This document shows positions 8,618 through 18,845 of a stretch of 64,000 nucleotides of DNA, one piece after another. Numbering within the stretch: the stretch's first letter is position 1; every line of letters begins with the position of its first letter. The position numbers were made by a program, and so were the translations under genes. The notes beneath the pieces are model-generated. The model searched no databases, was not told the DNA's origin, and worked only from the letters and a program-made list of their open reading frames with translations. Location: contig CAZBGQ010000002.1 of NCBI GenBank assembly GCA_964491515.1, positions 14,329 to 78,328 of the forward strand. The letters run 5' to 3'. The DNA is from an uncultured Candidatus Peribacteria bacterium (lineage in GTDB: Bacteria > Patescibacteriota > Gracilibacteria > UBA1369 > UBA12473).

Positions 8618-11392
8618 ATGGTTCTCAAAAAATTCATCAATAAGCTCCTCGGAGACGTAAACGAAAAAGAAATCGTAAAGATTCGACCCCTTGTCGAACA
8701 AATCAATCTTAAGGAAGAGGAATATCAAAAAACACTCACCGAGGCTGATATCCACAAAAAAACAGAAGAATTCAAACAACGCCTCTCCAATGGAGAAACC
8801 ACCGACGACATACTTGTTGAAGCCTTTGCTCTTGTTAAATTCGCCTGTCGTAACCTTATCGGAAAATCATGGGATGTACGTGGCAACCCCACAACCTGGA
8901 ACATGATTCCGTACGACGTGCAGCTCATTGGAGGCATAATCATGCATCAAGGTCGCATCGCTGAAATGAAAACAGGTGAAGGTAAAACACTCGTATGTAC
9001 CTTACCCATTTACCTCAATGCTCTTACCGGAAGAGGAGTCCACCTCGTCACCGTCAACGACTACCTCGCCACACGTGATGCAGAATGGATGGGAGGTCTT
9101 TACCAATATTTAGGACTTAGCATTGGTGTCATTCAACACGTCCAGAACGGAAAAGACAAAAAAGCCGCTTACACCGCAGACATAACTTACGGGACCAATA
9201 ATGAATTTGGATTCGACTACCTACGCGACAACATGACTACAGACAAAGAAAACCGTGTCCAACGTGGCCTTCATTATGCCATCGTGGATGAAGTTGATTC
9301 TATCTTAATTGATGAAGCCCGCACCCCACTCATTATTTCAGCGCCTGCTGAAGAGTCCACCAATAAGTACATGCAGTACTCTCGACTGGTTGATCAACTC
9401 CAAGAAAACGTTCACTACAACATTGATGAAAAAGCAAAAACCGCTCTTCTTTCCGAAGACGGTATCCGAAAAATGGAGGAACTCCTAGGCGTAGAAAACA
9501 TTTACACCGAAGCAGGATTCGAAGAAGTTCACCACATTGAACAAGCACTCAAAGCCAAAACTGTTTACAAACGAGACACCGACTACGTGATTCAAAACAA
9601 TGAAGTTGTGATCGTAGACGAATTTACAGGAAGACTCATGGCCGGCCGTCGCTTCTCACAAGGGCTCCATCAAGCCATCGAAGCCAAAGAAAAAGTAGAC
9701 ATCAAACGAGAAAGCAAAACCATGGCCACCATCACCTTTCAAAACTACTTCCGTCTTTTTGAAAAACTTGCAGGTATGACAGGAACCGCCGTAACAGAAG
9801 CTGAAGAATTTGGAACCATCTACAACCTAGACACAATGGTAATTCCCACCAATCGACCCATTGCCCGCAAAGATTTACCCGATGTTGTATATAAAAACAC
9901 CCAAGGAAAATACATGGCCATCGCAAACAAAGCCAAAGAACTAAACAGAGCTGGACAACCCATTCTAATTGGGACTGTATCTGTCGAGAAATCTGAAATG
10001 TTAAGCAAAATGCTCGCACTTCAAGGAGTTAAACACAATGTGCTCAACGCAAAACACCACGAAAGAGAAGCGGAAATCGTTGCCAATGCCGGTAAAAAAA
10101 GCGCTGTAACGATTGCTACCAATATGGCCGGTCGCGGAACCGACATCAAACTCACTGATGAAGTTCTTGAGTTAGGAGGACTCTATGTAATAGGCACAGA
10201 GCGTCACGAAAGCCGCCGTATCGACAATCAGCTCCGTGGACGATCAGGACGCCAAGGAGACGCCGGAACCTCTCAATTCTACATTTCCATGGAAGATGAC
10301 ATCATGCGTTTATTTGGATCTGAAAATCTTCAAAGCATCATGAACAAACTGGGAGTCCCAGATGACATGCCCATTGAAAATCGGATCATCAGTCGCTCAA
10401 TCGAGAGTGCACAGAAAAAAGTAGAAGGCCGAAACTTCGACGTTCGAAAACATCTCGTTCAATACGACGATATCATGAACACACATAGAGACATCATGTA
10501 TCGCCAACGCAATGAAATCCTCGACCACGAAGACATGAAAGATTCCATGATCCAAACCATTGAAAAAGAAGCCAACGACATTGTCATGTTTCATGCAGAT
10601 TTAAGCCGAAAAGAAAAATGGAATTACGAAGAAATGGCAGAGACACTAAGCAATCTTCATCGTGACTCATCACACAGACTCGCAAAAGATGAACTAGCAA
10701 TCCACAAAGACTCAACAAACTTAGTCGAAGTCGCCCAAGACTACCTACGCAAAGAGTACAAAGAAAAAGAAGTATCTATTGGAGACCCTGAGCTCATGCG
10801 CCGCGTAGAAAGAGCCATCTCCCTCCGAGTCATAGACACATTGTGGATGCGACACATCGACGAAATGTCCAAACTCCGAGAAAAAGTATCACTCCGAGGC
10901 TACGGACAACGAGATCCAGTCATCGAATATCAAAACGAAGCCTTTACAATGTTCGCTGAACTTTCTCGAGAAATCCAACAACAAACGGTGCACACTCTCT
11001 TCCGAGTACGGGTACAACAAGCGGAGCAACAAGCTCAACTCATACCCGTTATTGCTGCCAACAAACTCAGCACCAATGCCGCCGCCATTGAAAACACCCT
11101 AACTACCAATCAAATTCAAAAAATAGCTGGCGTACTACCACAAAACCCCACCCACACGACTTCCACACAACCCCAGAAAGGGAATGTAACCGTGGTCAAC
11201 GCCGACACCCCCACTCCCGGACTCGATCCTGAACTCCAAAAACTCATGGGCCAAGAAGCCACACCTGCACAAACCAGCACCGGAGGAGCTCCTATTGGCT
11301 CAACCGGCGAACGTCACCACGAAAAAATAGGCCGAAACGATCCATGCCCATGTGGAAGTGGGAAAAAATATAAAAAGTGTTGCGGAGCTTAA
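8618..11392 (+). CDS. secA: preprotein translocase ATPase SecA
   Basis: MKTGEGKT Walker A, DEVDSILIDEARTPLIIS, TNMAGRGTDI and the C-terminal zinc motif CPCGSGKKYKKCCG. Confidence 0.96.
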   Translation: MVLKKFINKLLGDVNEKEIVKIRPLVEQINLKEEEYQKTLTEADIHKKTEEFKQRLSNGETTDDILVEAFALVKFACRNLIGKSWDVRGNPTTWNMIPYDVQLIGGIIMHQGRIAEMKTGEGKTLVCTLPIYLNALTGRGVHLVTVNDYLATRDAEWMGGLYQYLGLSIGVIQHVQNGKDKKAAYTADITYGTNNEFGFDYLRDNMTTDKENRVQRGLHYAIVDEVDSILIDEARTPLIISAPAEESTNKYMQYSRLVDQLQENVHYNIDEKAKTALLSEDGIRKMEELLGVENIYTEAGFEEVHHIEQALKAKTVYKRDTDYVIQNNEVVIVDEFTGRLMAGRRFSQGLHQAIEAKEKVDIKRESKTMATITFQNYFRLFEKLAGMTGTAVTEAEEFGTIYNLDTMVIPTNRPIARKDLPDVVYKNTQGKYMAIANKAKELNRAGQPILIGTVSVEKSEMLSKMLALQGVKHNVLNAKHHEREAEIVANAGKKSAVTIATNMAGRGTDIKLTDEVLELGGLYVIGTERHESRRIDNQLRGRSGRQGDAGTSQFYISMEDDIMRLFGSENLQSIMNKLGVPDDMPIENRIISRSIESAQKKVEGRNFDVRKHLVQYDDIMNTHRDIMYRQRNEILDHEDMKDSMIQTIEKEANDIVMFHADLSRKEKWNYEEMAETLSNLHRDSSHRLAKDELAIHKDSTNLVEVAQDYLRKEYKEKEVSIGDPELMRRVERAISLRVIDTLWMRHIDEMSKLREKVSLRGYGQRDPVIEYQNEAFTMFAELSREIQQQTVHTLFRVRVQQAEQQAQLIPVIAANKLSTNAAAIENTLTTNQIQKIAGVLPQNPTHTTSTQPQKGNVTVVNADTPTPGLDPELQKLMGQEATPAQTSTGGAPIGSTGERHHEKIGRNDPCPCGSGKKYKKCCGA

Positions 11393-11411
11393 CCTTTAAA
11401 ACGCACCACTT

Positions 11412-13769
11412 TCATCCTACCTCTCGAGCCACAAACACCTCCCGAGGCTTAGACCCCTGAGACGGTCCAACCACACCATTTTCTTCAAGCTCATCAATCA
11501 TGCGCGCAGCCCTAGAATAACCAACTTTGAGATGTCGCTGTAACATGGTAGCTGACGCTTTTTGACTACGCTTCACGATTTCAAGTGCCTGCACATACAA
11601 ATCATCATCGCTATTAGCCATAGAAGACTTAGGCACGCCGTTAACTGAGATAGACGCTGTTTTAGTAGCCGTTACTTCCTCGTTATAGGTAGGCTCATTT
11701 TCAACAGTCAATTTAACACGATTAGTAACTGAATTAATTTCATCAGTATCCAAGAACACACCCTGCAATCGAATCGGTTTACCCATGGTTCCTGATAAAT
11801 ACAACATATCCCCACGACCCAAAAGATCTTCCGCACCTCCCCCATCCAAAATAGTACGAGAATCAATCGATGACGCCACGGTAAACGCAATACGTGCTGG
11901 GATATTAGCTTTAATCAAACCGGTAATAACATCCACCGACGGACGCTGAGTAGCCACAATCAAATGAATACCAACCGCACGTGCCATCTGAGCAATTCTA
12001 CAAATAGATGCTTCCACTTCTTTACCAGCGACCATCATCAAGTCTGCCAGCTCATCAATCACCACTACAATCCGCGGCATCCGCTGTGGAGACTTAGAGT
12101 CTGCATTATAATCTGCAATGTTTCGATGGCCTGAATCCGCGCACACCGTATATCGTCGCATCATTTCTGCCACCACCCATCTAAGCGCAATCGCCGCCTT
12201 ATCCGGTTCAGTGATTACCGGTGTCAACAAATGAGGAATAGCATTATAGGAACTCAACTCAACACGCTTAGGATCAATCAAAATCAACTTCAACTCCTTA
12301 GGAGAATTTTGGTACAAAAACGAAATCAACATGGAATTCGTAGCCACCGACTTACCTGATCCAGTCGCGCCTGCCACCAATAAATGAGGCATGGCCGCCA
12401 AATCCGTAATAATCGCCTTTCCACTCACATCACGTCCCAAAGGAATCAATAAACCAGACTCATTCTTTTTAGCCACTGCCTGAAATTCATCACTCTCCAA
12501 CATTTCACGCATGTGAACAATGGCACGAGTATCATTTGGAATTTCAATACCAACAACCGACTTACCAGGGATAGGTGCTTCAATACGAATCGCCGGAGCC
12601 GCCAAAGCCAAGGCCAAATCATTCTTGAGACCCACAATCTTAGACAACTTCACTCCTTCCGATGGTTTCAACGTGTACTGAATAACCGTTGGTCCCACAT
12701 GGACATCATGCATTTTTACCTCAATACCAAACTGATGTAATTTTTCCTTGATAGCTTCCGCCTTTTCTCTGAGCAATTCTTGATTAAGCTTAATATCAAT
12801 CGTCGTATCCACCAACAAATCTAAAGAAGGATACTCCCAAGGCACCTCCTCTTCATCTACCGCTTCCGCTTCTGCCTCAGCCTGTTCCAACTGTTCAACA
12901 ATCCGCTCAACCGGAATTTTTTCTCCTTCCAAAACTTCCCTTTCTTCCTCGGCCACCGCAGCAACTTCGACCGTCTCTTCCTCCGGCTCAACCTTCCGAA
13001 GGTGTAACGTTTCCTGATCTTCGAATTTGTAAACTACTTCTTCTTTTTTGTCTTTTTTATCCTTAGGAACTTTCGAACTTAATTTACTTTTCATCATATG
13101 AATTACCATGTCCTCCAAATCCTGCTCCTCCTTTCCTAATGCTCGTCTCTCCATTTTAGGCTCCTTCGCTTTTTTCTTCTCCCTTTTAGGCAATGACCAA
13201 TTCCATTCAAACAATCCAAACATCTCTCTCAATGAAATTGAAAATGTGAGTAATACCGAAATTAAAAACAGCGCCAAAAACACCACATATGACCCAGCCA
13301 CCCCTAATACTTGTCGCGCAATAAAACTTGCCACAAATCCAATATAACCACCATATTGCCCCAACTTAGCGACTTCATAAATCTGATCTCCAGGAACAGA
13401 AAGATGAATCGTGGCCAACACCGAAATAATCATAAGGCCAAGACCAAACACTCGCGTTGCATCAAAATTAACTCGCCGTGCAAACAAAAGGGACAATGAA
13501 ACGCCCCCCAACATAACCGGAACTAAAAATAGTCCCCATCCGAAAATAGGCGTCAGAAAATTATGCCAAATCATACCCAATCCTCCCAATCCTCCATTAA
13601 TACTTAAAATAGTCAGCACACAAAGCGCTCCATAAACCACCGCCCAAATCTCACGCATAACATGACTTTCAATCTTTATCTGAGAATTGCTTCGACGACG
13701 AGCCCCCGAAGAAGCACGAGACGAATTCCGAGAAGATTTACTTTTTTTAGTTTTTTTTCGTGGAGGCAT
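11412..13769 (-). CDS. ftsK: DNA translocase FtsK/SpoIIIE
   Basis: N-terminal TM segments, an acidic linker, a motor domain (GATGSGKSV, VVVIDELADLM, ATQRPSVDVITG) and a gamma wHTH (ASATMLQRHLKVGYSRAARMIDELE). Confidence 0.93.
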   Translation of the reverse strand: MPPRKKTKKSKSSRNSSRASSGARRRSNSQIKIESHVMREIWAVVYGALCVLTILSINGGLGGLGMIWHNFLTPIFGWGLFLVPVMLGGVSLSLLFARRVNFDATRVFGLGLMIISVLATIHLSVPGDQIYEVAKLGQYGGYIGFVASFIARQVLGVAGSYVVFLALFLISVLLTFSISLREMFGLFEWNWSLPKREKKKAKEPKMERRALGKEEQDLEDMVIHMMKSKLSSKVPKDKKDKKEEVVYKFEDQETLHLRKVEPEEETVEVAAVAEEEREVLEGEKIPVERIVEQLEQAEAEAEAVDEEEVPWEYPSLDLLVDTTIDIKLNQELLREKAEAIKEKLHQFGIEVKMHDVHVGPTVIQYTLKPSEGVKLSKIVGLKNDLALALAAPAIRIEAPIPGKSVVGIEIPNDTRAIVHMREMLESDEFQAVAKKNESGLLIPLGRDVSGKAIITDLAAMPHLLVAGATGSGKSVATNSMLISFLYQNSPKELKLILIDPKRVELSSYNAIPHLLTPVITEPDKAAIALRWVVAEMMRRYTVCADSGHRNIADYNADSKSPQRMPRIVVVIDELADLMMVAGKEVEASICRIAQMARAVGIHLIVATQRPSVDVITGLIKANIPARIAFTVASSIDSRTILDGGGAEDLLGRGDMLYLSGTMGKPIRLQGVFLDTDEINSVTNRVKLTVENEPTYNEEVTATKTASISVNGVPKSSMANSDDDLYVQALEIVKRSQKASATMLQRHLKVGYSRAARMIDELEENGVVGPSQGSKPREVFVAREVG

Positions 13770-13897
13770 AATAAATACTTATGAGTTACAGAATAACTAT
13801 ACAACACTCCCTCAACGTAGTGAAGGTACAGTTCCTCTACGAAAAATGGCTCCTCATTAGAGGAGCCATTAACGTAAATCAATATCCAGATCCAAAT

Positions 13898-14272
13898 CTA
13901 ACCAACGTTAGCCTGACGAAGCTGCAACCCCATACGGAGCTTTACAAAAGCAACCTCTCTCTGCTCCTCAGGCAAAGCCTGAATAGCATAATAAAGTTCA
14001 TGCAATGATAGATAATTCGGATCATTTCCTTGAACCGCCCCAAAGGCCGCATTAAAATCAGAGAAAAGCATTAAATCCGCTCCCTCCATAAAACGAGCAA
14101 CAAATGCTGTACGCTTCTCTATTTCCCCAGCAAACCCCGGGCCAAAAACATACTCCACACATTCAGCCACCTGATCATCAACACTAAGCGGCGTTTCAAC
14201 TTCAGCCGCCGACTCCTCACCTGTAGGCTCCTCACTAGGTCCAGCTGTAGGTGCTTCTTCGTTCGTATGCAT
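13898..14272 (-). CDS. hypothetical acidic protein
   Basis: 124-aa ORF with a TATAAT on its strand at 14299-14304. No recognisable domain. Confidence 0.4.
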   Translation of the reverse strand: MHTNEEAPTAGPSEEPTGEESAAEVETPLSVDDQVAECVEYVFGPGFAGEIEKRTAFVARFMEGADLMLFSDFNAAFGAVQGNDPNYLSLHELYYAIQALPEEQREVAFVKLRMGLQLRQANVG

Positions 14273-14430
14273 AAAAAATAAATTAAGATTAGGAGGTAAT
14301 TATACAAAAAAAAGCATTTTATGCAAATTTTTTTATTAAACTTAATAAAAAGCTAAAGATTCAGGAGTGACTTTTCTCCCAATTCCCCCTAAAATAACCT
14401 CATCCTAGATTATCCAATGACCCAAATATT

Positions 14431-15924
14431 TTGATCAAAACACGTTTTGCCCCCTCACCCACCGGCCTCGTCCATATTGGTAGTTTACGCACCGCACTTT
14501 ACGCCTACCTATTTGCACGACAAAAAAAAGGGCACCTCATTCTAAGAGTCGAAGACACCGATCAAACTCGCTACGTAGAAGGCGCGGTAGAAAATTTACT
14601 TAAAACATTAAATTGGGCCGGCATCGATTACGACGAAGGCCCCAACCCCACCGATCCTGAACAAGACCTCGGCCCCAACCCACCGTATACTCAATCCAAA
14701 CGCACCGACCTCTATCGCGAACACGCAGAAAAACTTCTCGAATCCGGCCATGCTTATCGCTGTTTTTGTTCTATGGAACGCCTCAACCAAATGCGCGAAG
14801 AGCAACAAAAAGTAAAAATGGCCCCCATGTACGACAAACATTGTCTTACCCGTCCTCAAGACGAATTAACCCAGCTTCTCGAGCGAAAAGTCCCTTACGT
14901 GATCCGCCTCAATATCCCCAAAAATGAAACATTACGTTTTCGTGACCTTGTCCGAGGCGATATGCAGTTCGATTCCAGCACCATCGACGATCAGGTTCTA
15001 ATGAAATCAGACGGCTTTCCAACCTACCACCTCGCCAATGTTGTGGATGATCACTTCATGGAAATCACTCACGTGATTCGCGGAGAAGAGTGGCTTCCTT
15101 CGACACCAAAACACATCTTTTTATACCAATCCTTTGGATGGAAACCACCCATTTTCGCCCACATCCCACTCCTCCTAAATAAAGACAAAACCAAATTATC
15201 TAAACGTCAAAACGACGTGGCTGTAGAAGACTACATAGAAAAAGGGTACCTACCCGAAGCGGTCAATAATTTCGTAGCCTTTCTTGGATGGCATCCCGGC
15301 TCAGGCGAAACCGAAGAATTTTTTACACTCGAACAATTGATTGAAAAATTCAACCTTGAGAAAGTCCACAAAGCAGGAGCCGTATTCGATCCCGAACGCC
15401 TCGACTGGTTTAATGCACACTATTTAAGAGCACTCAGCCCAAGCGATTTTGCAGATAAAATTTACGAATGGGTCCGCCGTGAAAACTGGTTCAAAGGAGA
15501 CATCGAAAGCCTCAAAACCAAGTACGCGCTTCATGTCATGCCAGCGATTCAAACACGCATAAAAACCCTCACCGAAGCACCTGATATGCTCCGTTATTTC
15601 CTAGCAGAAACCATAACCTACGATCTCTCCCTCCTCTCACACGAAAAGATGAAAGTCACCCAAGACATAGCCAAAATCTCTCTTAAGGGCTGCCACGAAG
15701 ATCTCTCCGTACTAGAAGAAAGCAACTTCAATGACGAAGAAAAAATCAAGACCCACCTCATAAAAACTGTCGAACGACTCGAATCCAAAAACGGTCATGT
15801 TTTTTGGCCACTCCGAGTTGCTCTCACTGGCGAACAATATTCTCCAGGGGCTTTTGAAATGGTACAAATCCTCGGAAAAGAACGAACGTTAGACCGAATT
15901 CAACAAACGTTAGACCGAATGTAG
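14431..15924 (+). CDS. gltX: glutamate--tRNA ligase (TTG start)
   Basis: RFAPSPTGLVHIGSLRTALYAY (HIGH region) and KLSKRQ (KMSKS). No in-frame ATG lies upstream. Confidence 0.93.
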   Translation: MIKTRFAPSPTGLVHIGSLRTALYAYLFARQKKGHLILRVEDTDQTRYVEGAVENLLKTLNWAGIDYDEGPNPTDPEQDLGPNPPYTQSKRTDLYREHAEKLLESGHAYRCFCSMERLNQMREEQQKVKMAPMYDKHCLTRPQDELTQLLERKVPYVIRLNIPKNETLRFRDLVRGDMQFDSSTIDDQVLMKSDGFPTYHLANVVDDHFMEITHVIRGEEWLPSTPKHIFLYQSFGWKPPIFAHIPLLLNKDKTKLSKRQNDVAVEDYIEKGYLPEAVNNFVAFLGWHPGSGETEEFFTLEQLIEKFNLEKVHKAGAVFDPERLDWFNAHYLRALSPSDFADKIYEWVRRENWFKGDIESLKTKYALHVMPAIQTRIKTLTEAPDMLRYFLAETITYDLSLLSHEKMKVTQDIAKISLKGCHEDLSVLEESNFNDEEKIKTHLIKTVERLESKNGHVFWPLRVALTGEQYSPGAFEMVQILGKERTLDRIQQTLDRM

Positions 15925-15952
15925 AAGCCAACATAAAATCCATCAATAGAAA

Positions 15953-15981
15953 TTGCTACTGCACAAAAAACCCTCTATAAT
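15953..15981 (+). promoter_or_regulatory. sigma70-like promoter (TTGCTA-17-TATAAT)
   Basis: The hexamers were read directly. The -10 ends 9 nt before the ATG at 15991, so the leader is very short or absent. Confidence 0.45.
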
Positions 15982-15990
15982 GAGATAACC

Positions 15991-16314
15991 ATGAACATGA
16001 ATTTCGAAGACTTCAAACAACTCATCCGAAACATTCGAGAGAAAATTCCTTGCCCTCAATGTGACAAAAAATTTATTTCCAAAAATATCTCTCTCATTGG
16101 AAAAGCTTTCAATGAAGCCTACTTCACAGGAAGATGTCAGCACTGCACCCATGAGATCATTATTCAAGCCAGCTTCGGAGCTCCACGAACCCATCGCAGC
16201 CTGAACCATTCAACTTCCATGAAAGTCGTTACTCCCAATGACATTCTTGATATGCGTAACTTCCTCAGAGAGTTCAACGGCGACTTTATTTCCCTTTTTG
16301 GGAAAAAACGCTAA
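15991..16314 (+). CDS. small zinc-ribbon protein, function unknown
   Basis: CPQC...CQHC four-Cys arrangement in a 107-aa ORF. Confidence 0.45.
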   Translation: MNMNFEDFKQLIRNIREKIPCPQCDKKFISKNISLIGKAFNEAYFTGRCQHCTHEIIIQASFGAPRTHRSLNHSTSMKVVTPNDILDMRNFLREFNGDFISLFGKKR

Positions 16315-16323
16315 AATAAACTC

Positions 16324-16722
16324 ATGAATAAACTTCTCGCAATTCTCATCAGCCTCCTCCTTGTAACCAGCCTCTCTGGATGCAACATTAGTGAACAAGC
16401 TGGCAATGCCGTCACAAACATTCTTAATGAAATTGGAGAAGCCTACGGAAATGTCACTGACAAAGTGAACAACACCAAAGACTGGGTAAACACTAAAATA
16501 GACCAAGTTGATCAAGCTGCAGGAGATCTAACCGAAGCAGCAGATTCCGTGGGCGAAGCGGTCGACAGCCTAAAAGAACTATCCGACCTTACCGAAGAAG
16601 ACGAAGTCACCACCGAAGAACCAATCCTAGAAGAAACTCTAACCGACTCTGAAATAATCCCTGAAACCGAAACATCTTCCGAAACCACAGAAACTGACAA
16701 TAGCCCAACGACAACCGAATAA
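16324..16722 (+). CDS. acidic lipoprotein, function unknown
   Basis: Lipobox LLVTSLSGC followed by a Glu/Thr/Asp-rich tail. Confidence 0.5.
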   Translation: MNKLLAILISLLLVTSLSGCNISEQAGNAVTNILNEIGEAYGNVTDKVNNTKDWVNTKIDQVDQAAGDLTEAADSVGEAVDSLKELSDLTEEDEVTTEEPILEETLTDSEIIPETETSSETTETDNSPTTTE

Positions 16723-17570
16723 TGCTTAAAGCCTCACTTCACGTTCACGTCATGGGAGACCAAGACGATTACATTTTATACACGGGATTCGAATTACTCG
16801 ATAAAGCCGCAGAATTAGGATACGAGGTCATTGCGTTCACAAGTCACGAACGAGTGATTTTTTCACCAGAGCTAAAAAATCACGCCGAAAATCTTGGCAT
16901 CCTTTTAATTCCAGGAATCGAAATCAACCTAGACGGACACACTCTCATAATCAACGCCTGCCCCAAAGCTCAAACACTCAAAACCCTCGATGATCTCCGC
17001 AACTATCGAAAAGAGCGTCCTGAAATTTTCACCATTGCCGCTCATCCTTTTTACCCAAAACGAAAATACTGCTTTCAGGAAAGCCTCGTACCAAACCTAG
17101 ACGCCTTCGACGCCATCGAACATTCTTGGTTCTATTCAAAATTAATGGACTGGAATCCCAAAGCACGTGCCGTTGCAAATAAACACAATCTCCCCTACAT
17201 CGCCACCTCAGACATTCATCTCCTCGAGCAACTTCACAATGGCCACGTCCTTATCGATGCTGAAAAAAATGTAAAATCCATTTTAGAAGCGCTTCGCGCT
17301 CAACGATTCACTTCGGTGGCCAAACCACAAGGAGTGTTTCAGATGTGGAGAGTCTTTGGTAAGATGTTAGCAACTGGTCTACTACGCTATGCGCCTTGGA
17401 CCGATCCTCACCTCGTTTTCGAACATGAGACACTTCCTCCAAAACACCAAGAAACGAGCTCAGATGAATCCCCAGAGGATCGCTTTTTCAGAAGGCTCAG
17501 ACCCAAGAATTCTCACCACAAGACACTGTTGACCTCACCGCCTTCACAACCGTCGAAGCCCAAAATTTAG
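16722..17570 (+). CDS. PHP-domain metal-dependent phosphoesterase
   Basis: N-terminal LHVHV(MGD) His motif and later H/D positions (FTSHE, AAHPF, SDIH) typical of PHP family proteins. Confidence 0.6.
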   Translation: MLKASLHVHVMGDQDDYILYTGFELLDKAAELGYEVIAFTSHERVIFSPELKNHAENLGILLIPGIEINLDGHTLIINACPKAQTLKTLDDLRNYRKERPEIFTIAAHPFYPKRKYCFQESLVPNLDAFDAIEHSWFYSKLMDWNPKARAVANKHNLPYIATSDIHLLEQLHNGHVLIDAEKNVKSILEALRAQRFTSVAKPQGVFQMWRVFGKMLATGLLRYAPWTDPHLVFEHETLPPKHQETSSDESPEDRFFRRLRPKNSHHKTLLTSPPSQPSKPKI

Positions 17571-17608
17571 ATTCCATGAGCAGTTCCTGACGATTTCAAT
17601 CTCCCTCC

Positions 17609-18787
17609 ATGAAAATCCTTGTACTCAATGCCGGCTCATCCTCACTCCGCTTTCAATTAATTGAAAGCCGTGGCTGGAAAAAATTATTCAAAGGCCACAT
17701 GGACGGAATCGGAGTTTCTACCTGCCGACTTCGTGGAGATATAGAAAAAAAGATACGAGTAAACACCCATCACGATGCGCTCAAAATCGCTCTCAACACA
17801 CTTCGTGATGAAGGACACACAGACATCGACGCCATTGGACACCGAGTGGTTCACGGCGGAGAACAGTACAAACAACCTACCCTCGTCACGAAAACAGTCC
17901 TAAAGAATCTAAAAAAACTCAACGCTCTCGCCCCGCTCCACAATCCTCCAAACCTAGAAGGAATCATCGCATGCTTAAAACTTCTCAAAAAAGTACCCAA
18001 CATCGCCGTTTTCGACACCGCCTTCCATTCAACGTTACCCGAACATGCTTATCTCTATGGACTCCCCTACGAACTCTACAAAAAGCATGGCATTCGACGC
18101 TACGGATTTCATGGCACTAGCCATGCCTATGTGAGCGAACAAGCTATCAAATGGCTAAGAACAAATAAGAAGCCTCACAAAAACCTCATCACCTGTCACA
18201 TTGGAAACGGAGTGAGTATCACCGCCATCAAAAACGGAAAATCAATCGACACTTCCATGGGATTCACCCCTCTTGAAGGTGCAATGATGGGCACGCGCAG
18301 CGGAAATTTTGATCCCGCACTTATCCCCTTCCTCTCCAAAAAACTTAAAAAATCCGCCGCCGAAATAGAGCATCTAGCCAATCATGAATCCGGGCTACTT
18401 GGACTATCCCAGCTGTCATCCGACATGAGACCTTTATGGGCCATCCTCCAGAAGCCACGTCACCGCCACTACAAAAAAGTAAAACGCACGTACGAGCTTT
18501 ATGTCTACCGTCTCGCTAAAGAAATCACGGCCATGACCGTCCCTCTCGGAGGTCTCGACGCTCTAATTTTCACCGCTGGCATTGGCGAACACGGCTGGTA
18601 CCTTCGCCGAGACCTCTGCGCACAGCTGACTCATCTTGGGCTTAATCTAGACGCAAAGAAAAACCGCACCACCGTCGAAGGAAGCGAAGGTCCAATCAAC
18701 GTTCGCACCTCAAAATCAGCCATACTTGTCGTCAAAACCAACGAAGAATTAAAAATTGCAAAAGAAACGTTAAAACGCGTGACGTAG
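17609..18787 (+). CDS. ackA: acetate kinase
   Basis: MKILVLNAGSSSLRFQL, HRVVHGG, FDTAFH, YGFHGTSH and FTAGIGE motifs. Confidence 0.92.
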   Translation: MKILVLNAGSSSLRFQLIESRGWKKLFKGHMDGIGVSTCRLRGDIEKKIRVNTHHDALKIALNTLRDEGHTDIDAIGHRVVHGGEQYKQPTLVTKTVLKNLKKLNALAPLHNPPNLEGIIACLKLLKKVPNIAVFDTAFHSTLPEHAYLYGLPYELYKKHGIRRYGFHGTSHAYVSEQAIKWLRTNKKPHKNLITCHIGNGVSITAIKNGKSIDTSMGFTPLEGAMMGTRSGNFDPALIPFLSKKLKKSAAEIEHLANHESGLLGLSQLSSDMRPLWAILQKPRHRHYKKVKRTYELYVYRLAKEITAMTVPLGGLDALIFTAGIGEHGWYLRRDLCAQLTHLGLNLDAKKNRTTVEGSEGPINVRTSKSAILVVKTNEELKIAKETLKRVT

Positions 18788-18845
18788 AATTGCAAAAAGC
18801 CAGAATAAAAGGTATAAGTAACTTACTATATTTTTTGCAAAAAAC

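Noticed and set aside
14291-14296. A perfect AGGAGG on the + strand, which could be a ribosome-binding site.
   Set aside because: The nearest downstream + strand ATG is about 24 nt away and opens only an 11-codon frame. The sequence lies in the leader region of the - strand gene starting at 14272, next to that gene's TATAAT at 14299-14304.
15885-15920. 15-nt direct repeat AACGTTAGACCGAAT, two copies 21 nt apart, at the 3' end of gltX.
   Set aside because: It is an in-frame 7-codon micro-duplication (..RTLDRIQQTLDRM*) of the C-terminal helix. It is not a regulatory repeat or a mobile-element end.
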